The notes under the pieces: model-generated
Databases searched by the model: none
What the model saw: only the letters and a program-made list of their open reading frames with translations
Told to the model about the DNA's origin: nothing
Translations under genes and position numbers: made by a program
NCBI GenBank assembly: GCA_964016885.1
Contig: OZ024742.1
Location: forward strand, 21,514,001-21,578,000
DNA length: 64,000 nt
Source of the DNA: Eledone cirrhosa
Lineage: Eukaryota
Direction of reading: 5' to 3'
Part shown: piece by piece, positions 37,841 to 53,710 of the stretch
Layout of the letters: every line of letters starts with the position of its first letter
Numbering within the stretch: position 1 is the first letter of the stretch

Positions 37841-38419
37841 AGTACCTAAGATCCATCGTTTGAAGGATGGAAACTCTCACATACGAATATATATTGTAGT
37901 TGCACTAACACAACATATTATACACACACATACATACTCAGACACACATGCCCATACATACACACACGCCCACACACACACACGCAAACTCCATGACAAA
38001 ATCCTAGTTTGTAAATAGGAATTTGCATATCAGAGTGGATACAATACGTTACAGAGTGGAACAAACAGTGTTGTTTGGGAACACAAATATATATATAACT
38101 ATGATAATTTTGGTAGGTTTAACCAGTATTGGTCCAGGCCAGGTCTTAATAACACTACCTGACGAAGTCTTTCAAATTATGTTTCACACGCCAGTCATAA
38201 TTTCGACACCGTTGCCCTCTCGAGAAGAGAGCTATTGTTTTAGGAGACAAATCCTGGTGTAGGGTGTGAATCCGGAATTTCTTGGAGGAATTTGTCTAAT
38301 TAAACTTTAGAGAACTTGAATTTTCATAAAACTTTGTTTCGTGTGATGAGACTTCCGAAGACAAAAACATTCAATGTTGTGCCTGGCAAAAAAAGGGAAG
38401 AGAATGATTATGGTGTGAA

Positions 38420-38711
38420 TATCTCATAATCCTGCGGGTTACGCCAAATTTGATGTTTATATGAGTAGCTCAGATTAGGTTGTGATCAGCAACTACTCTA
38501 AGGGCTGTAGTGATGCAGGTTGCTTCGAGGGTTTCACCTAAGTGAGGGGAATATGATACCTTCAATGCGTTCCTTTTTCTAAAGTGGATTAGTTCAAATT
38601 TTTATTTGTTTGAGTAGAGCCGATTGAAGGTATGTCAGATCTACTCCACTGATGCCCTTTTGGAGCTTGGGATCATCTGCGAAGATTCTTATGTTGCGGT
38701 GCTTGATGACG

Positions 38712-38713
<2 letters not shown>
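38420..38713 (-). mobile_element. CR1/L2-like RT relic
   Basis: Minus-strand [19 protein letters not shown], resembling the FADDTKL motif. Confidence 0.5.
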
Positions 38714-38796
<83 letters not shown>

Positions 38797-38806
38797 GTCA
38801 TCAAGC

Positions 38807-38839
<33 letters not shown>

Positions 38840-38877
38840 GGGGGTGCGTGTGGGTGTGTGTGTGTGTGTGTGTGTGC

Positions 38878-38913
<36 letters not shown>

Positions 38914-38949
38914 ATGTGTGTGTGTATATTTATATATACATATATGTGA

Positions 38950-38990
<41 letters not shown>

Positions 38991-39010
38991 GTATTTATGT
39001 ATATATATAT

Positions 39011-39550
39011 GCGACTAAACTGACAACCCCACCAAGGTTTCTTGGTGAGGAGGGTGACTTTGGACATCCTGCAGGACTAAAAACAAAACCTGTCAAAGGG
39101 CAAAGGAGCACTTAAGAGTCAATGGCCATCCAAAATCACCGGGGGAGATGACACCCTTAGCCTTTGTCAAGGCAGAATTCTAGGAGAAGGAAAACTCTGA
39201 TATAATACCTGCAACCCTGATGGTATCCAATGATGTTGACTTGTTCTTCTTTTTGGGAAATATCATCTTGGTTAAGAGAGTGGGACTGGCTTTGTGCAGT
39301 GCCTTTGCTCACTATAAAAGCTTCACGGCACAGGCATTGCTTTATATCTGGAGATCTCTCTGCACTTGTCGTCACATGGTACCATGGGCCCAGCACTATG
39401 TGTCAATAATTGTCACAAGTGCAGTGTTTGTACCAGAGTTTTCAAGTTGCTGGCTGGACTAAAATGTCACACTTGTTCAGCGCATCAGCAGGGGTTCTCC
39501 TACATGGATATAAAGTAGTGGCCGTACTTGAAAACGAGTTGGCAGCCACC
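39011..39550 (+). mobile_element. ~600-bp non-autonomous interspersed element, 5'-truncated copy
   Basis: Highly similar to the inverted copies at 53711-54317 and 54389-54978. Confidence 0.85.
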
Positions 39551-41009
39551 ATATATATATATATATATATATACATAAATACATAATATATTCCTTCCAT
39601 ATACTATACCGATTGTGTTGTTATTTCTGTTTACCTTATATATATATACACCGGTCAAAGTGAATGTAGGTAATTTTATCAGTATTAGTCTGTAACTAAT
39701 CCGTTATATCCAATAATTCTTCATATTTGATGGTGGAAAACTAACAAAACCATTATTAATCTACACCGACATACTAACATGCACAATCTCATGCTCTCAT
39801 GAACATACATATACTCTCTTATGTTTTCATGCACATACATACACACTCTCACGCTCTCGTGCACATACATATACAATCAAATGAAAGCCTAGCCCCATAC
39901 GGACATACAATGTCTCATAAATAAAATTATTCGCATTTATACAAACAGATTTTTTTCATTTATTATATTTACTTCAAATTCCATATATTTACTACATCAC
40001 ATACTAATAAATCAAAAGAAACTTTCTTTTACTCAGGTAATTTTCTATATTGAATTTTTATTGATTTTCAATACAAATTGTTGAAATATCTTCATTTTGT
40101 AATGATTTTATTTTTTCATAAACTATGGTATCTTTATTTCTTTTTTTTAAATTAAAATCAAAACTATGTTCATTTTGCTGAAGCTACAGAAACAGTATTG
40201 CTATTAACATTAGTATCATTAGTAAATTCTTTTTTTCCCGTTTCATGTTCTCACTAGTGGTATGCACTGTCGCTTTCAAACTAAAAGTGTTTATATTATT
40301 GTTATTTTCTACGCAGAAAATTCTTCAGAAATTCCGGTTTTGAAATGAATGAGTTCTCTCTAGTGTATGTTTCCAATACAACTATGTCTGCCAGAAAGAT
40401 CTATTGTTTGGATTACTTTATTTCACTTAGTTAATAATCGCAGACATGTGAGTTGAGATTGAAAATTAAATTTCAACATCTGTCAGTGCGAACTATGAAA
40501 CACGAATGGACATTTTCTTTTCAGTTTTTACAGATTGAAAATGTCAGTTCTGATTAGTCTGCTAACATTTGTGTTTCTGAGATTTAAATTGATTGAATAT
40601 GTTGGTAAATAGGTTGATATATACTATTGAAGTTATACATTTTTGTTAGAGGTTTTCGTTTTGAACAATAGTGCATGCCAACATTTCTAATCAAGCAGCT
40701 TCCATCGTCAGTGTATATCTCTATTCAGCGTAGGCTTTATTACAAATATCATTTGTTTTATTATTTTCAAATATGTACTGCGAAAGCATATTATTAAGGT
40801 CATATTTCCTAATTAACATTTGATATATGTCTCATTCATAAACATTTTGTATGCATTAGTAATCTCCTTATAATATATAACCAGCAATTTCTCTGTCTGT
40901 CGGAGAGTGGAAACACGTGAGCGCGTGCGATTGTTTTTTGCGCACGCGTAGAGAGAGAGACTACAAGAGGGGGATAGCGGGAGGGAGAGAGGGGGGGAAT
41001 GAGGAGTGC

Positions 41010-41167
41010 TACAGAAACATATATACATTTCTGTGTGTGTGTAATATATATATATATATACACACACAGAAATATATATACACAGAAATATATATACATT
41101 TCTGTGTGTGTAATATATATATATATATACACACACATAGAAATATATATATACATTTCTGTGTGTG

Positions 41168-41230
<63 letters not shown>

Positions 41231-41387
41231 GAAATATATATATATTTCCGTGTGTGTATATAATATATATATATATATATATATTACACACACAGAAATG
41301 TATATATATATTTCTGTGTGTGTATATATATATATATTACACACACAGAAATGTATATATATATATACACACAGAAATATATATACA
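41010..41387. repeat. Palindromic TTTCTGTGTGTG-(TA)n-CACACACAGAAA minisatellite
   Basis: Direct inspection; a second block lies at 41957-42205. Confidence 0.85.
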
Positions 41388-41645
41388 TCCCTTAACTACT
41401 GTACTGTATCTGTTGCTATCTCTCTCTCTCTCCAGCTATCCCTCTCTTTTAGTCTGTCTGTTTCTCTCACTCTCACTCTTTCTCTTTGTAACACACTAAC
41501 ATTCCTCCCCTCTATCGCTGTGACGAATGGGGAGATGGAGGAGGAGGAGGAGGAGGAAGAGGAGGAGGAGGAGAGAGTCACTTCGTCACTTCACCTCTGC
41601 CTTTCTTTCTCTCCCCTCTCACTCCATCATTACGTACAGACATTA

Positions 41646-41838
41646 GGGCGGTGGATTGGCAGAATCTGTAGAGAGTCGGACACCATGCTTCATAGCATGG
41701 AGTTACGTCCTTTTATGGTCTGAGTTCAAATACCGCCGAGGTTAACTTTGCCTTTCATCCTCACGGGGTCGATAAAATAAAGTACCAGTAATGTACTGGG
41801 TATTTGCTGGCCTTGTGCCAAAATTAGAAACAATTATT
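41646..41838 (+). mobile_element. tRNA/Nin-core SINE, full-length
   Basis: GGCGGTGGATTGGCAG...GAGTTCAAATACC...core...CCTTGTGCCAAAATTAGAAACAATTATT. Confidence 0.9.
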
Positions 41839-41956
41839 AGAAACATTGCTTCATTTTTACATATCTAAGCATTAGTAAAATAACTAATAATTTCAAAAGT
41901 AATTTTTCAATTCCAATTGTTATGAACAGCAAAACATTAATAATAATTTTGTTCTA

Positions 41957-42041
41957 AGAAATATATATACATTTCTGTGTGTGTAATATATATATATATA
42001 TATATACACACACAGAAATATATATACATTTCTGTGTGTGT

Positions 42042-42085
<44 letters not shown>

Positions 42086-42111
42086 GAAATATATATACAT
42101 TTCTGTGTGTG

Positions 42112-42196
<85 letters not shown>

Positions 42197-42205
42197 GAAA
42201 TATAT
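41957..42205. repeat. Second block of the palindromic (TA)/(CA) minisatellite
   Basis: Same unit as 41010-41387. Confidence 0.85.
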
Positions 42206-42743
42206 GGGCATTTCTCTGTTTGTCTGTCTGTCTGTCCTTCCCTAAAACTCAAATGTAGGTGCTACAGAAATATTACCTTCCCCTTCCTTTCTCCACTTTG
42301 GTACTACCAAGAGAAACACTGTCGCTATAGAAACATTACCTTCTCCTCTCCACTGACTTTGGTCACTGACGCCGAGGGAATCGCTGGTTGCTATAGAGAC
42401 ACCTTGCACAAACCAGAAGTAACCAGTTCGAGGCGGTTCTGACTTGACACCATGCCAAGGACCATTTGAAGATATATTTCCATCGTTATATCATAACGTT
42501 TATGTATCATAACGTTTATATTTCCGTCACTAATCTCTTTTTCTCCATTTTCGTTTTAACATATATTTATTTCAAAGATTTCACCGTATTCATAACATAT
42601 ATATTTATACATGCATAAAAGACACACCGAGAGACGGTGAACAGGTGGTGCCGAAAACATTTCTCATCCAAATCTCAACAATATCAGTATATACACTAGA
42701 TCTGCTAGCAGAAAACCGCCCACATGGTGTTTTTCTGCTAGTG

Positions 42744-43720
42744 AATATATATAACACTGAGGATGTCTGTCTGTGTGTGTGTGAGTTTGAATCCCTAAAA
42801 CTAGAGGAGCACCCAACCAACTGTTTTCAAACTTTACACATGTAATACTTTTGTTTCAGAGAATGTTCTGAGCAAAAACAAATGTCAAATTTTCAATACC
42901 CTAGGGACCTCATTAGGCGATTTAACGATCTCTCTCTATAATTTTTTGTCTTTCTATTTTTAGATAGATACATACATATAACGTCCCGCCCTTATAATAT
43001 CTGTCTGTATGTCTGGCTGTTTGAATTACGTCACTTCCCTGAGGATGTCTGTGTGTGTGTGTGGGTGTGTGTGCGTGCGTGTGTATGTGCGCGTGTGCGC
43101 GTGTGCGTGTGTATGTGTGTCTGTGAGTTTGAATCCTTAAAACTCGAGAAGTACCCAACAGATTATTTTCAAACATTACATGTGTATTACTTATGTTTCA
43201 GGGAGAGTTATGCACATAAAAAATTCAATTTGTTGATCTCCTAGGGCCCGCATTAGGGGAAAAACTTCGTTTTTTCAGGTTTGTAGGGGTTACTTGAGGC
43301 ATTACGTCAGACCGATTTCCTTGAAATTGTAACTATGTATTAATCAGTCTCTTCTTCATACCGTGAGCAAAGAAAATCCATCTTTTTATAGCCTAGGGCC
43401 CGCATTAGGTGAACAACTTCATTTTTCAGCTTTTTAGGGTTTTTTGGAGGCGTTACGTCTAACCGCTTTTTCCCGAAATTTCAAGGCATATTATGCACAT
43501 AAAAAAACTTATTTTCTTGATCCTCTATGGCCCGCATTAGGTGAAAACCTGCATGTTTCCTGCTTCATCGAGGAAAATCTTAAAGATTATCCAGCCATCA
43601 GAGTATTCGGTTTATTTTCTTTACATATTTTCCAGGCAAGCAGTTTTTCCACGATTAGGTCTGTTGGCGGCCCGCGTTCAAAAATACCTTATCCCGTGCA
43701 ACTCCGGGTACCACTGCTAG
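42744..43720 (+). mobile_element. Non-autonomous Helitron-like element
   Basis: 3' hairpin CCCGTGCAACTCCGGG followed by TACCACTG-CTAG|T; (GTCT/GT)n near the 5' end; internal duplication (~42758-42920 vs ~43040-43260); repeated CTAGGGCCCGCATTAGG. 5' boundary approximate. Confidence 0.65.
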
Positions 43721-46289
43721 TAAACAATACAACTATAATTTTTCTCAATTATACAAATGTTCAATTATAATATTATGATTTACATTCATGGAAATATTCT
43801 GTGAAATGTATCGTAAGATAAATTTAAACTAAAGCATAGCAAACATATTGAAAAATATATACTGTATTTAGCATAGTAAAACTAATGTATGTTTGAAATA
43901 TAGCACCTGCATTCGAGCAGTCACTATGCTAAAATAAACACCCACTTGACATTCACTAAACTATATACGAAATATAAAAAATAAAAACATATAATCAAAA
44001 CCACGGCACTGCACTACGCCGGAAGGCTGTGTTACCTCTATAGCAAGAAGAATCATTGCACTACTTCCCATTAATTTAAATCAAATATCATACAGCTAGA
44101 TTGTTACTATGTAAACAATGCAAAGTAACCAGTAGTGAGAGTGAAATATATGATTATGTTTTGTTTAATGCAAACTCTATTTTATACACTGCGTAGTAGC
44201 AACATTCAAACCAGTGAAGGACGGTTAAAATATATGTAATAACAATGAACAGAATATGTTGCTACATAAAAAGCTCAGTCTGTTGGCCGATCATATATGT
44301 GTGTATATAATAGTAGTTAATATATATGACTGTCTGAAAGCAATCGAAGCTGCTCCACCTCCTCTTTTGTGTTTGCAGTTTTATTGCAGACGGAAGTGGT
44401 TTGTGTGAAAAATATTAAATGTTTTTCTAGTATAGAGCTACCATTTAGAGAACTAGGATAAACGTCTATGTTATTGAATTATTGCCCGTTCTAACTGTGC
44501 ATTTTATACATTAAATATTTAGTGAATTATACGATTGTAGATTTGCCAATTCGATAATTTTATTTGATTTCAAATATTCTCGATCAACAGGTATTTCTTT
44601 ATAATTCTTCAAAGTAACATTAAAGTAAAAACCTTCTTAAATTTCATTTTAAACAGTCTATTAAGTCTCGTCTAATTCATAAGCAGATCTGTATCTGTGT
44701 TGCACCATTACAGAAAAATGGATATGTTTCCAAGAAAAGCTGTTATGGAAAAATGTATCAACATTACGACATAACGAGTAATGCTGTGTTGAGAAAAAAA
44801 TCTCCTTTCCTCTTAGTCTAAATGATCAAATTAAAACAATTTAAACTGCCTTTACATATTCTTTCATTTAAACACATTATTTCTGTTTGCTTTAAACTGA
44901 ACAATTTTCCTTTTATGAATTGACAAAATCTACTTATCCGAATAAGTGACTTAATACATCAAGTATGTTGAACAAACACTAAAATAACATTTAACGATTA
45001 TGGTAACGCATCTTACATTTCAGTTCTATTATGGACAATAAAAATAATTCCATTGAAGAACGATATATTGCACATCATACAATGTATACACCAGCTTTCC
45101 ATCGCTTTTCTTAATGATTTGCTTTGTGTTGTATAACTATCGATTCACCTATTTCTGCCTTACTCACATCAGAAGATCATATGTGGCTATTTATGGAGAT
45201 AGACACTAAAGTATTCACTATACAATCACTGTCATATTGCTACAGAAAGCACAAGACTGGTGAATATCACATAATTGACTGTACACAAAGCCTAAAACAC
45301 CTGTTTTGTCCATTAATTATCAAATTGTTTTCTGCTACTATTCTTGGAAATATGAAACATTCAGCTTTTGTTTACCTATTAGGTAAATATGATCACTGAT
45401 GTATTGATTTCCTATCAACAGTCCACGCGGCTGATATTTCCAATATTGATTGAAGTCGATTGAATTGACACAATTGTATTACCATTACCTATACTTTGAA
45501 ACTTCGAGAATGGAAAGTATTAGCTGTTGTATCTGAATATGTTGGTGGGATTAGATCACGTAATATCTTTTGTGTTAATCTCCTGGCTATGCCAACATAA
45601 ATATTCTAATGCACACACACACACACACACACACACTTATATATATATATTCTGTATCAATCCTTTCTCTAAAGTCCGACCCTCCGGCTGTAATATGCAA
45701 CTTTGATAAAGAAACTCCACATGTTCATCTACTCTTTACAGTTCGGTAAATTACTTATGGAAAACAAAACGAATACATCTACTGGGAATGGGGTTTCCTT
45801 CGTCGGCCAATGTCTGTTCCCACAACATACGTTTATACCTATCGAAGAACTTTCATTATCTTGTACTTTAATACCCATGCATCAATTCTAAATTAGGCTT
45901 GGAGTTTAGGGTAAAAGAACTTGTCAAGTGCTACTTTTAACCCTACCACTGTTACTATGTTATACCAATCACTTCTATAACAGCTGTTATCTCTCCCTTT
46001 TTTTACACCATTACTACTCTTATTCCCTTTTTACAATGTATCGGTCTTAATTTCACGTTTAAGCCAAGATTGCCTTTTATATTTACGATCCCCTCACTCA
46101 CACACAAACAACATCACCCAAACACACAGTCCAGTTCTTCATCGCTCAGATCGCTAATATGGTCACTATAACATTTCTGTGTTATTTCGTTTGATAAAAT
46201 ATTGTGAAGGCGGAGTGATATTGTTGCTGTTGCTGATTCCTAAACATATCCTTATAATTGTTTACATAAGTTACATTGTCTATAGAAGT

Positions 46290-46437
46290 GGTTTCTACAT
46301 TTGACACAAGGCCAGCAATTCGAAGGGATAGGGAAAGTCGATTAAAACGCCCCCTGTGCGTTACTGGTACTATATTTTATCGATCCCGTAATGATGAAAG
46401 GCAAAGCTAACCTCGTTGAGATATATGAACTCAGACG
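46290..46437 (-). mobile_element. SINE copy, 5'-truncated
   Basis: Reverse complement of core and 3' motif. Confidence 0.75.
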
Positions 46438-46689
46438 TGACATCATTTTAGCTCATTTTCTTCTGCCGTAGACTATTCATATTAGTATTCTCACCTGTTA
46501 TTGTTTGTTTAAACGCTGAATATCTACGTTCACTTCCATTTAGTTTTAAACTAGTTGATCGACTATCTATATTGTACATTTGCGTCAACATATACAAGGA
46601 AATTAAATTTATCTAGCAACAGGTCGTACGTATTTTCGTCTGCAATCTGTATGTGCAGGAAAATATACATGTCACAAGGTGATAATAAT

Positions 46690-48878
46690 TACGCAGTGTA
46701 GCATGTCATCCAAATGTAAAGCTCGGGGCTTTGATGGTATTCAATGAAATTGTTTAAATAGATTCAAACCACTACGCGAGAGAAGATGCGTGGATGTTAA
46801 TAAGATTATAAGGAAGAAGGATAGATCATCTGCATAGATAATACACGAAGGAATGATTTTGGTGTTAAACTACCAAACAAAAGGAAATCATGTCGACAAT
46901 TTTAGTTCAATATCATTCCTAGCTTTGATGCGGAAACTTTTAACTGGAATTTTTGCAGATAATATGTATTCATTTGTGAAAGCACAACGGCTATTGCCAG
47001 AGAAAGAAAAGGTTTTCTAAGAAGACCAGAGCAACTATAGATAAGCTTCTAATAGACAAAATGATATTGAAGAATTGTAAGAAATAATCTACGAAATCGG
47101 TAATGGCCTGCGTCGATTACAAGAAAGCATATTATTTGGTGACCCACTCATGGATAATTGAATGTAAGATGTTATTTCGTGTGGCAAACAATGTCTTTGA
47201 ATGTAACATGAAAATGGGGAAATGTAAACGTACGTAATCGTGAGCGGGGGTGATTGAAATTTAGAAAAGAATCTCTCGGGGTGACAGTTTATAACCACAA
47301 TTGATCGTATTATACCTGGTATTTTAGTATTGATTTTACAAATAACGGGCATTGGGAATGCCTTAGGAAAACAAACAATCCACAATCAGCTATTTATTAT
47401 TCATGGATGACCTTACAATGTATGGAATGAACAAATATCAAATAAATTCACTAGCAAACACTCCAATTATTCAGCAAAAGTATGGAGTACTGATTTTATG
47501 GAGAGGTTAAGAATTCTCATCTAATAGGATAGTGTTACCAAATGGACAGGTAGTAATGAAAGACATAGAAGACAGATAATAAAATATTTAATCATATATT
47601 GGAAACATAAGATCAAAGCAAATGCAATGAAAATTACATTGCTAAAATAATATATTTGAAGGACGAAGTTGAATCTAAAAAACAAATAGATTTGAAAAGC
47701 AAATGTATGACAATAAACGGTGAACTGTTTGAATTAAGTAAAGGACTAAGCTAATTTATCAAATAGAGAATAGAGTAGAATAGGCGCAGAGATACTGAGA
47801 CGTGGTAAAACTATTAACTATGAAGGGTATGCTACATTCAATAGGTGTTATTTGCAGAATATATCTCCTCCAAACCAGGTGTGTGGTTTAATAAGCTACG
47901 AAAACTTTGTACAAAATTGAGGCAAATAATATGTTTTTAAATAATTGCTTCTGATTTAGGAACAAAGGCCAACAGTTTTAGGGGAGGAAAAAGTCTGTTT
48001 ATATACGAGACATAGGGAATTAATTTAAATTCCAGATTTAAATTTCGCGATCGAAACCCTAATACGTACAGTACAATGACAATCTACAAGAAATAATTGT
48101 TTCTACTTTTGGCACAAGGCCAGCAATTACCAGTACATTACTGGTACTTTATTTTATCGACTTCTGTATAGATGAAAGGCAAAGTTAACCTCGGCGGGAT
48201 TTGAACTCAGATCGTAAAGGGACGTAACTATGCTGGAAAGCATGTCCGACCCTCTACCGAAACTGCCAATTCACCGCCCTCCAAGAAATAATAATGTGGA
48301 ATATAACATCAACAAAAGCCTACAGTCACCATTATGTAGATTATATGAATAATAGGAGATACTTTCAGCTACGTTGTAAGTGAATGTAGTAAACTGGCTC
48401 AGACGAAATACAAAATGAGATATGATAGTATTTCTACTACTGGACAATGGGTTTTGTACGGGAACGTAAGCTACATAGAATAGATAATGGGCACGAGCAC
48501 CAGAATAACTCAGTTGTAGTTTCTAATGAAGGGGTGGTCCAACGGAGTTTTAACCTCCAATGTGATCCCGAAATACATGAGAGCAAATAGGATATTGACA
48601 TCGTTAAAAAATGTAAAATATAGTGATGGTTAATCAATATAGCGAATCATACCAGTCCTAATTGTATCTAATATAAGAACATTTGGAACTGAAATCAAAT
48701 ACATCTTCAAATGTGGTCAATATTGAGAACTCTTCGGATCCCAAGAAAGGTACATGGTTCTTAGATAAAAAAAATAACTAAGGAGAAAAATCTGATAAAC
48801 CCCTAGTCTTTTGTTATGGCTGGCTCCCCAGCATATCTATCAGCTCGGTTAGAGTGTTGAATCAGAATAATAACTAAA
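46690..48878 (+). mobile_element. Highly decayed R4/Dong-like LINE (RT region to 3' end)
   Basis: Remnant motifs KARGFDGI, DNFSSIS..LMRKLLTGI, MACVDYKKAY, LLFMDDL. Confidence 0.65.
48093..48279 (-). mobile_element. tRNA/Nin-core SINE, full-length, with TSD
   Basis: Reverse complement of consensus; CAAGAAATAAT repeated on both flanks. Confidence 0.9.
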
Positions 48879-50020
48879 AGGTAAAGACGAGCAAGGAGAA
48901 AGGTTAAAGAAAAAGGTGAGCTATATACAAACCCTTCGCAACGATGTCTAATATAGTCGTTTGTTTACGATATTTCATAGAATATAACATTTAATCGTTG
49001 GTTCAAATGCTGTGATCACGAACATTAGCGAGGGAGCATAACATCTTTATAGTTTCCTAATTTTTGATAAATACTTTTAATGAGAAGAATTCAAATTGAA
49101 ATTCTTCAACGCTAGTAAAGCTCCGTCCTTATATATTTTGTTTTTGTTTCTTCACATACTGTAATTGTTCCATCAATAAAGTGTCAGAAAGAGAAAAAAA
49201 AACAATATTTAAATCCTTGAGATGGCTTATTCCGTCACTAACCTCTGGATTCTATTTCAATTAATTCCCTTAAAAGATATTAAAGCAGGGTGTGTAATTG
49301 TGAAACAATTATGCAAAATTCTCATCCTATATACACGAAATGACCATTAATAATATGAAGTACTTGGCTGATTAAATAAACCGATAGTTTTACAATATTC
49401 GTTTTCGATTTTAAATCTCAAGTAATTTAGACGATTTTTAATACTTGAATTTTTTTCTTAATTCTTCGTTTTGATATTCGTAAAATTACTGTTCTGAGAA
49501 TGCTCTGATGTCCTCAACATCGATGTGCATGTATAATATAGTGCGACTGTAAAATAAAACTATTTGTAGTGCACACGTAAAACTGCGAAGGCTATAAAAA
49601 TAATGCAAGGCTATAAACCCAAATAATAAAGAAATGTTGATATGGGTTACTCAGTCATGTTGATATTTGCAATTAAATAGGTTTTATTTCCTTTTTGATT
49701 TTGAAAAATAAAAGAAATATAATGAATTATTTAAATTTACAGCAGTTTAGTAAAGTTTTATGAGATCCAAAATTAACACATCCATAATTTATTTTATAAT
49801 GTTTCTTCCGATGCCAGAATATTATTATGTTAAAGTTGCTTTGAAGTAGAAACACTCAGCTGCAACAAACCTTTCTCTTTATAGTTGTGACTTTCTATTA
49901 TAGCAATATGTAAATAACAGAATGGTATCTAATGGTTCAAAATTATTATCAAGATGTTATTGTCATATCTCGATTAAACATACACACACACAAACGCAAA
50001 GACCAGTATATATATACACA

Positions 50021-50116
<96 letters not shown>

Positions 50117-50355
50117 GAAAGGAAGATGAAATCGAAAATGCAACTCGAGTCTTATTTTTAACAAAATATATCTATTTATTTGGTTCCTTTACCTGTTTCG
50201 CAGTCCTTCTGCTTTTCAAAAGTAGAGTTGAGATGGAGGGTCTGCGGTTTTTCTCACATATATATATATATAGGGAAAGAGTCAGGAACCCCCGACGCAT
50301 GAGCTCTGGCCGTTTCGACAGCTAGTTCCGAACTAAGTCAGCAGTACTCTTTCCC

Positions 50356-51564
<1,209 letters not shown>

Positions 51565-52401
51565 GTATATATATATTCATATATATAATGTGACATGGAA
51601 ACTTATATTGTGATATTTATATATTTCCAAGACTATTGGTGAGGTAAGGAAATAGGTTCTGAAAATTGATATCGTATCACTAAGTTACTGCTAAGCACAT
51701 CAGGTCACGTCTGTCCTTCTTAATAACATATAAATAAAGAAAACAGATACATTTAAAGGATATATTTGTATATACCGTTTCTGAATTTGTTTAGCAAGAT
51801 TCTTTATCTGAAAACGTGTGTTGAAACAGATATTGTTATACTTTGGGAGGGTCATGATGCAAATAAAAACACACACACCTGTTGCTTTCACTTCAATTTA
51901 TTATAATAAATTTATAAATTTAGCAATTTATAAATTTCCGGTTGGTTGGTTGGTTCCACAACCAGATGGTTGTTTATATATTGTCAAAGTTCTTTCGTCA
52001 CACATTCTGTGACCTCTTAAGTGACTGGGGATTCTTTTCTTTGATTCTTGTGCCTCTCCCTTGTTCTGTCCTACGCCATCTTGTTTTTGTGTGTGTGTTG
52101 TGTGCTTAGTTTGCGCATGTGTTACATCCGGGTGTCTCTCTGTGTTTATATTCGTTTATTTATTTGTTTATTTACATGTTACTGGTTGTTGGGTTGTTCT
52201 ATGTGCGTGTGTGTTTTCATTTTGTCCTTAATTGTAAGTTGTGATGTTGCTGTTCCACTCATGTTTTCTATTTAATTTTGGTTGTAATTCATTTATGTTT
52301 ATTGCCTCTGTGATTTGTCTAAACATTGCGTCTTTTCTGTGTGTAGATTCTATTTTTATTTCTATGTTCTCTAATTTACACTTATTAGCAAGATATACAC
52401 T

Positions 52402-52755
52402 TTTCAAAGACCTCCCTGTATAGATAAGAAATGTATAATCTGTAAATTAAGCCCCCATATTAACTGTAAAACTAGAAATGTAGTATATAGCATAATATGT
52501 ACTGAAGGACAATGTAGAGATAAAAATATAGTGTACATAGGTGAGACAGCTCGTAGTATAGGGGCACGGATAAATGAACACTGGCGAGACCTTCAAGATA
52601 GTAAAGAATTATCTGTACTCCACCAACATGCTAAAATAGAACATAAGGGTAAATTGGAGAACATAGAAATAAAAATAGAATCTACACACAGAAAAGACGC
52701 AATGTTTAGACAAATCACAGAGGCAATAAACATAAAAGAATTACAACCAAATTAA
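52402..52755 (+). pseudogene. PLE Cys-rich linker and GIY-YIG endonuclease fragment
   Basis: PPCIDKKCIICK...CKTRNVVYSIIC...C...VYIGETARSIGARINEH...RQITEAINIKELQPN. Confidence 0.85.
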
Positions 52756-53001
52756 ATAGAAAATATGAGTGGAACAGCAACATCACAACTTACAATTAAG
52801 GACAAAATGAAAACACACACACACATAGAACAAACAACCAACCAGTAACATGTAAATAAACAAATATATAAACGAATATAAACACACACAGACACCCGGA
52901 TGCAACACATGCGCAAACAAAGCACACAACACACACACAAAAGCAAGATGGCGTAGGACAGAACAAAGGAGAGGCACAAAAAACAAAGAAAAGAATCCCC
53001 A

Positions 53002-53044
53002 GTCACTGAAGAGGTCACAGAATGTGTGACGAAAGAACTTTGAC
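53002..53044 (+). ncRNA. Minimal hammerhead ribozyme in the PLE pseudo-LTR
   Basis: GTCA-CTGAAGA-G GTCACA GAATG TGTGAC-GAAAG AA CTT-TGAC; the inverted copy at ~51983-52025 has a mutated core (CTTAAGA). Confidence 0.8.
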
Positions 53045-53710
53045 AATATATAAACAACCATCTGGTTGTGGAATCAACCAACCAACCGGAAATTTATAAA
53101 TTCCTAAATTTATAAATGTATTATAATAAATTGAAGTGAAAGCAACTGGTGAGTGTGTTTCTTATTGGCAACAAGACCCTCCCAAAGTATAACAATATTT
53201 GTATATACCATTTGTTGTTAAATTGTTAGTGGATGCTAATTCGATATTTAAATAATTCGCTAAGCAACTCTATATATCTTAATCAGAATATTATACTTCC
53301 AATACGAATTCAATTTTGAAACCTTACTCTTTCCTGTGGTTCACTTAAATATATTTGGCTGATACTATCTGATATAATCTTTTGTTGATTTGACTAATTT
53401 TTATCAGATTGCGAACGTAATTCGGTATAATCTTCAAAGCTATTTTACCATCGATTTATAAATACATTTACATTGACATGAATCTAATATTTCCTTGAAC
53501 TATATATATTGAAATGATAGTATCATATTGCCGCTTTTAATAGAAGAGGATTCATTCTACTTAGGTATGCATTTTGATGTACAAGTAGACTTAATTTGTG
53601 GAAAAGTACATATTTAGTATATTCTAATTAGTGTTTTTATACATACACACACATACACAGATACATACATACGTACATACATAGATACATACATACATAC
53701 ATACATACAT

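Larger units (their letters stand above)
51770..53200. mobile_element. 5'-truncated Penelope-like element with inverted pseudo-LTR
   Basis: ~550-bp inverted arms (~51830-52380 and ~52650-53200), GIY-YIG fragment, hammerhead motif in each arm. Confidence 0.85.

Noticed and set aside
36311-38270. Further hammerhead-like motifs (CTGAAGA near 36318, CTGACGA near 38159)
   Set aside because: Stems or the GAAA core are degenerate; possibly decayed PLE ribozymes but not supportable as features.
41646-41740. Functional tRNA genes
   Set aside because: The A and B boxes belong to SINE heads; there is no complete cloverleaf.
40813-42442. Many YIYI/THTH-type ORFs
   Set aside because: Translations of (TA)n/(CA)n repeats, as at 7.4, 8.5, 38.7 and 50.0 kb.
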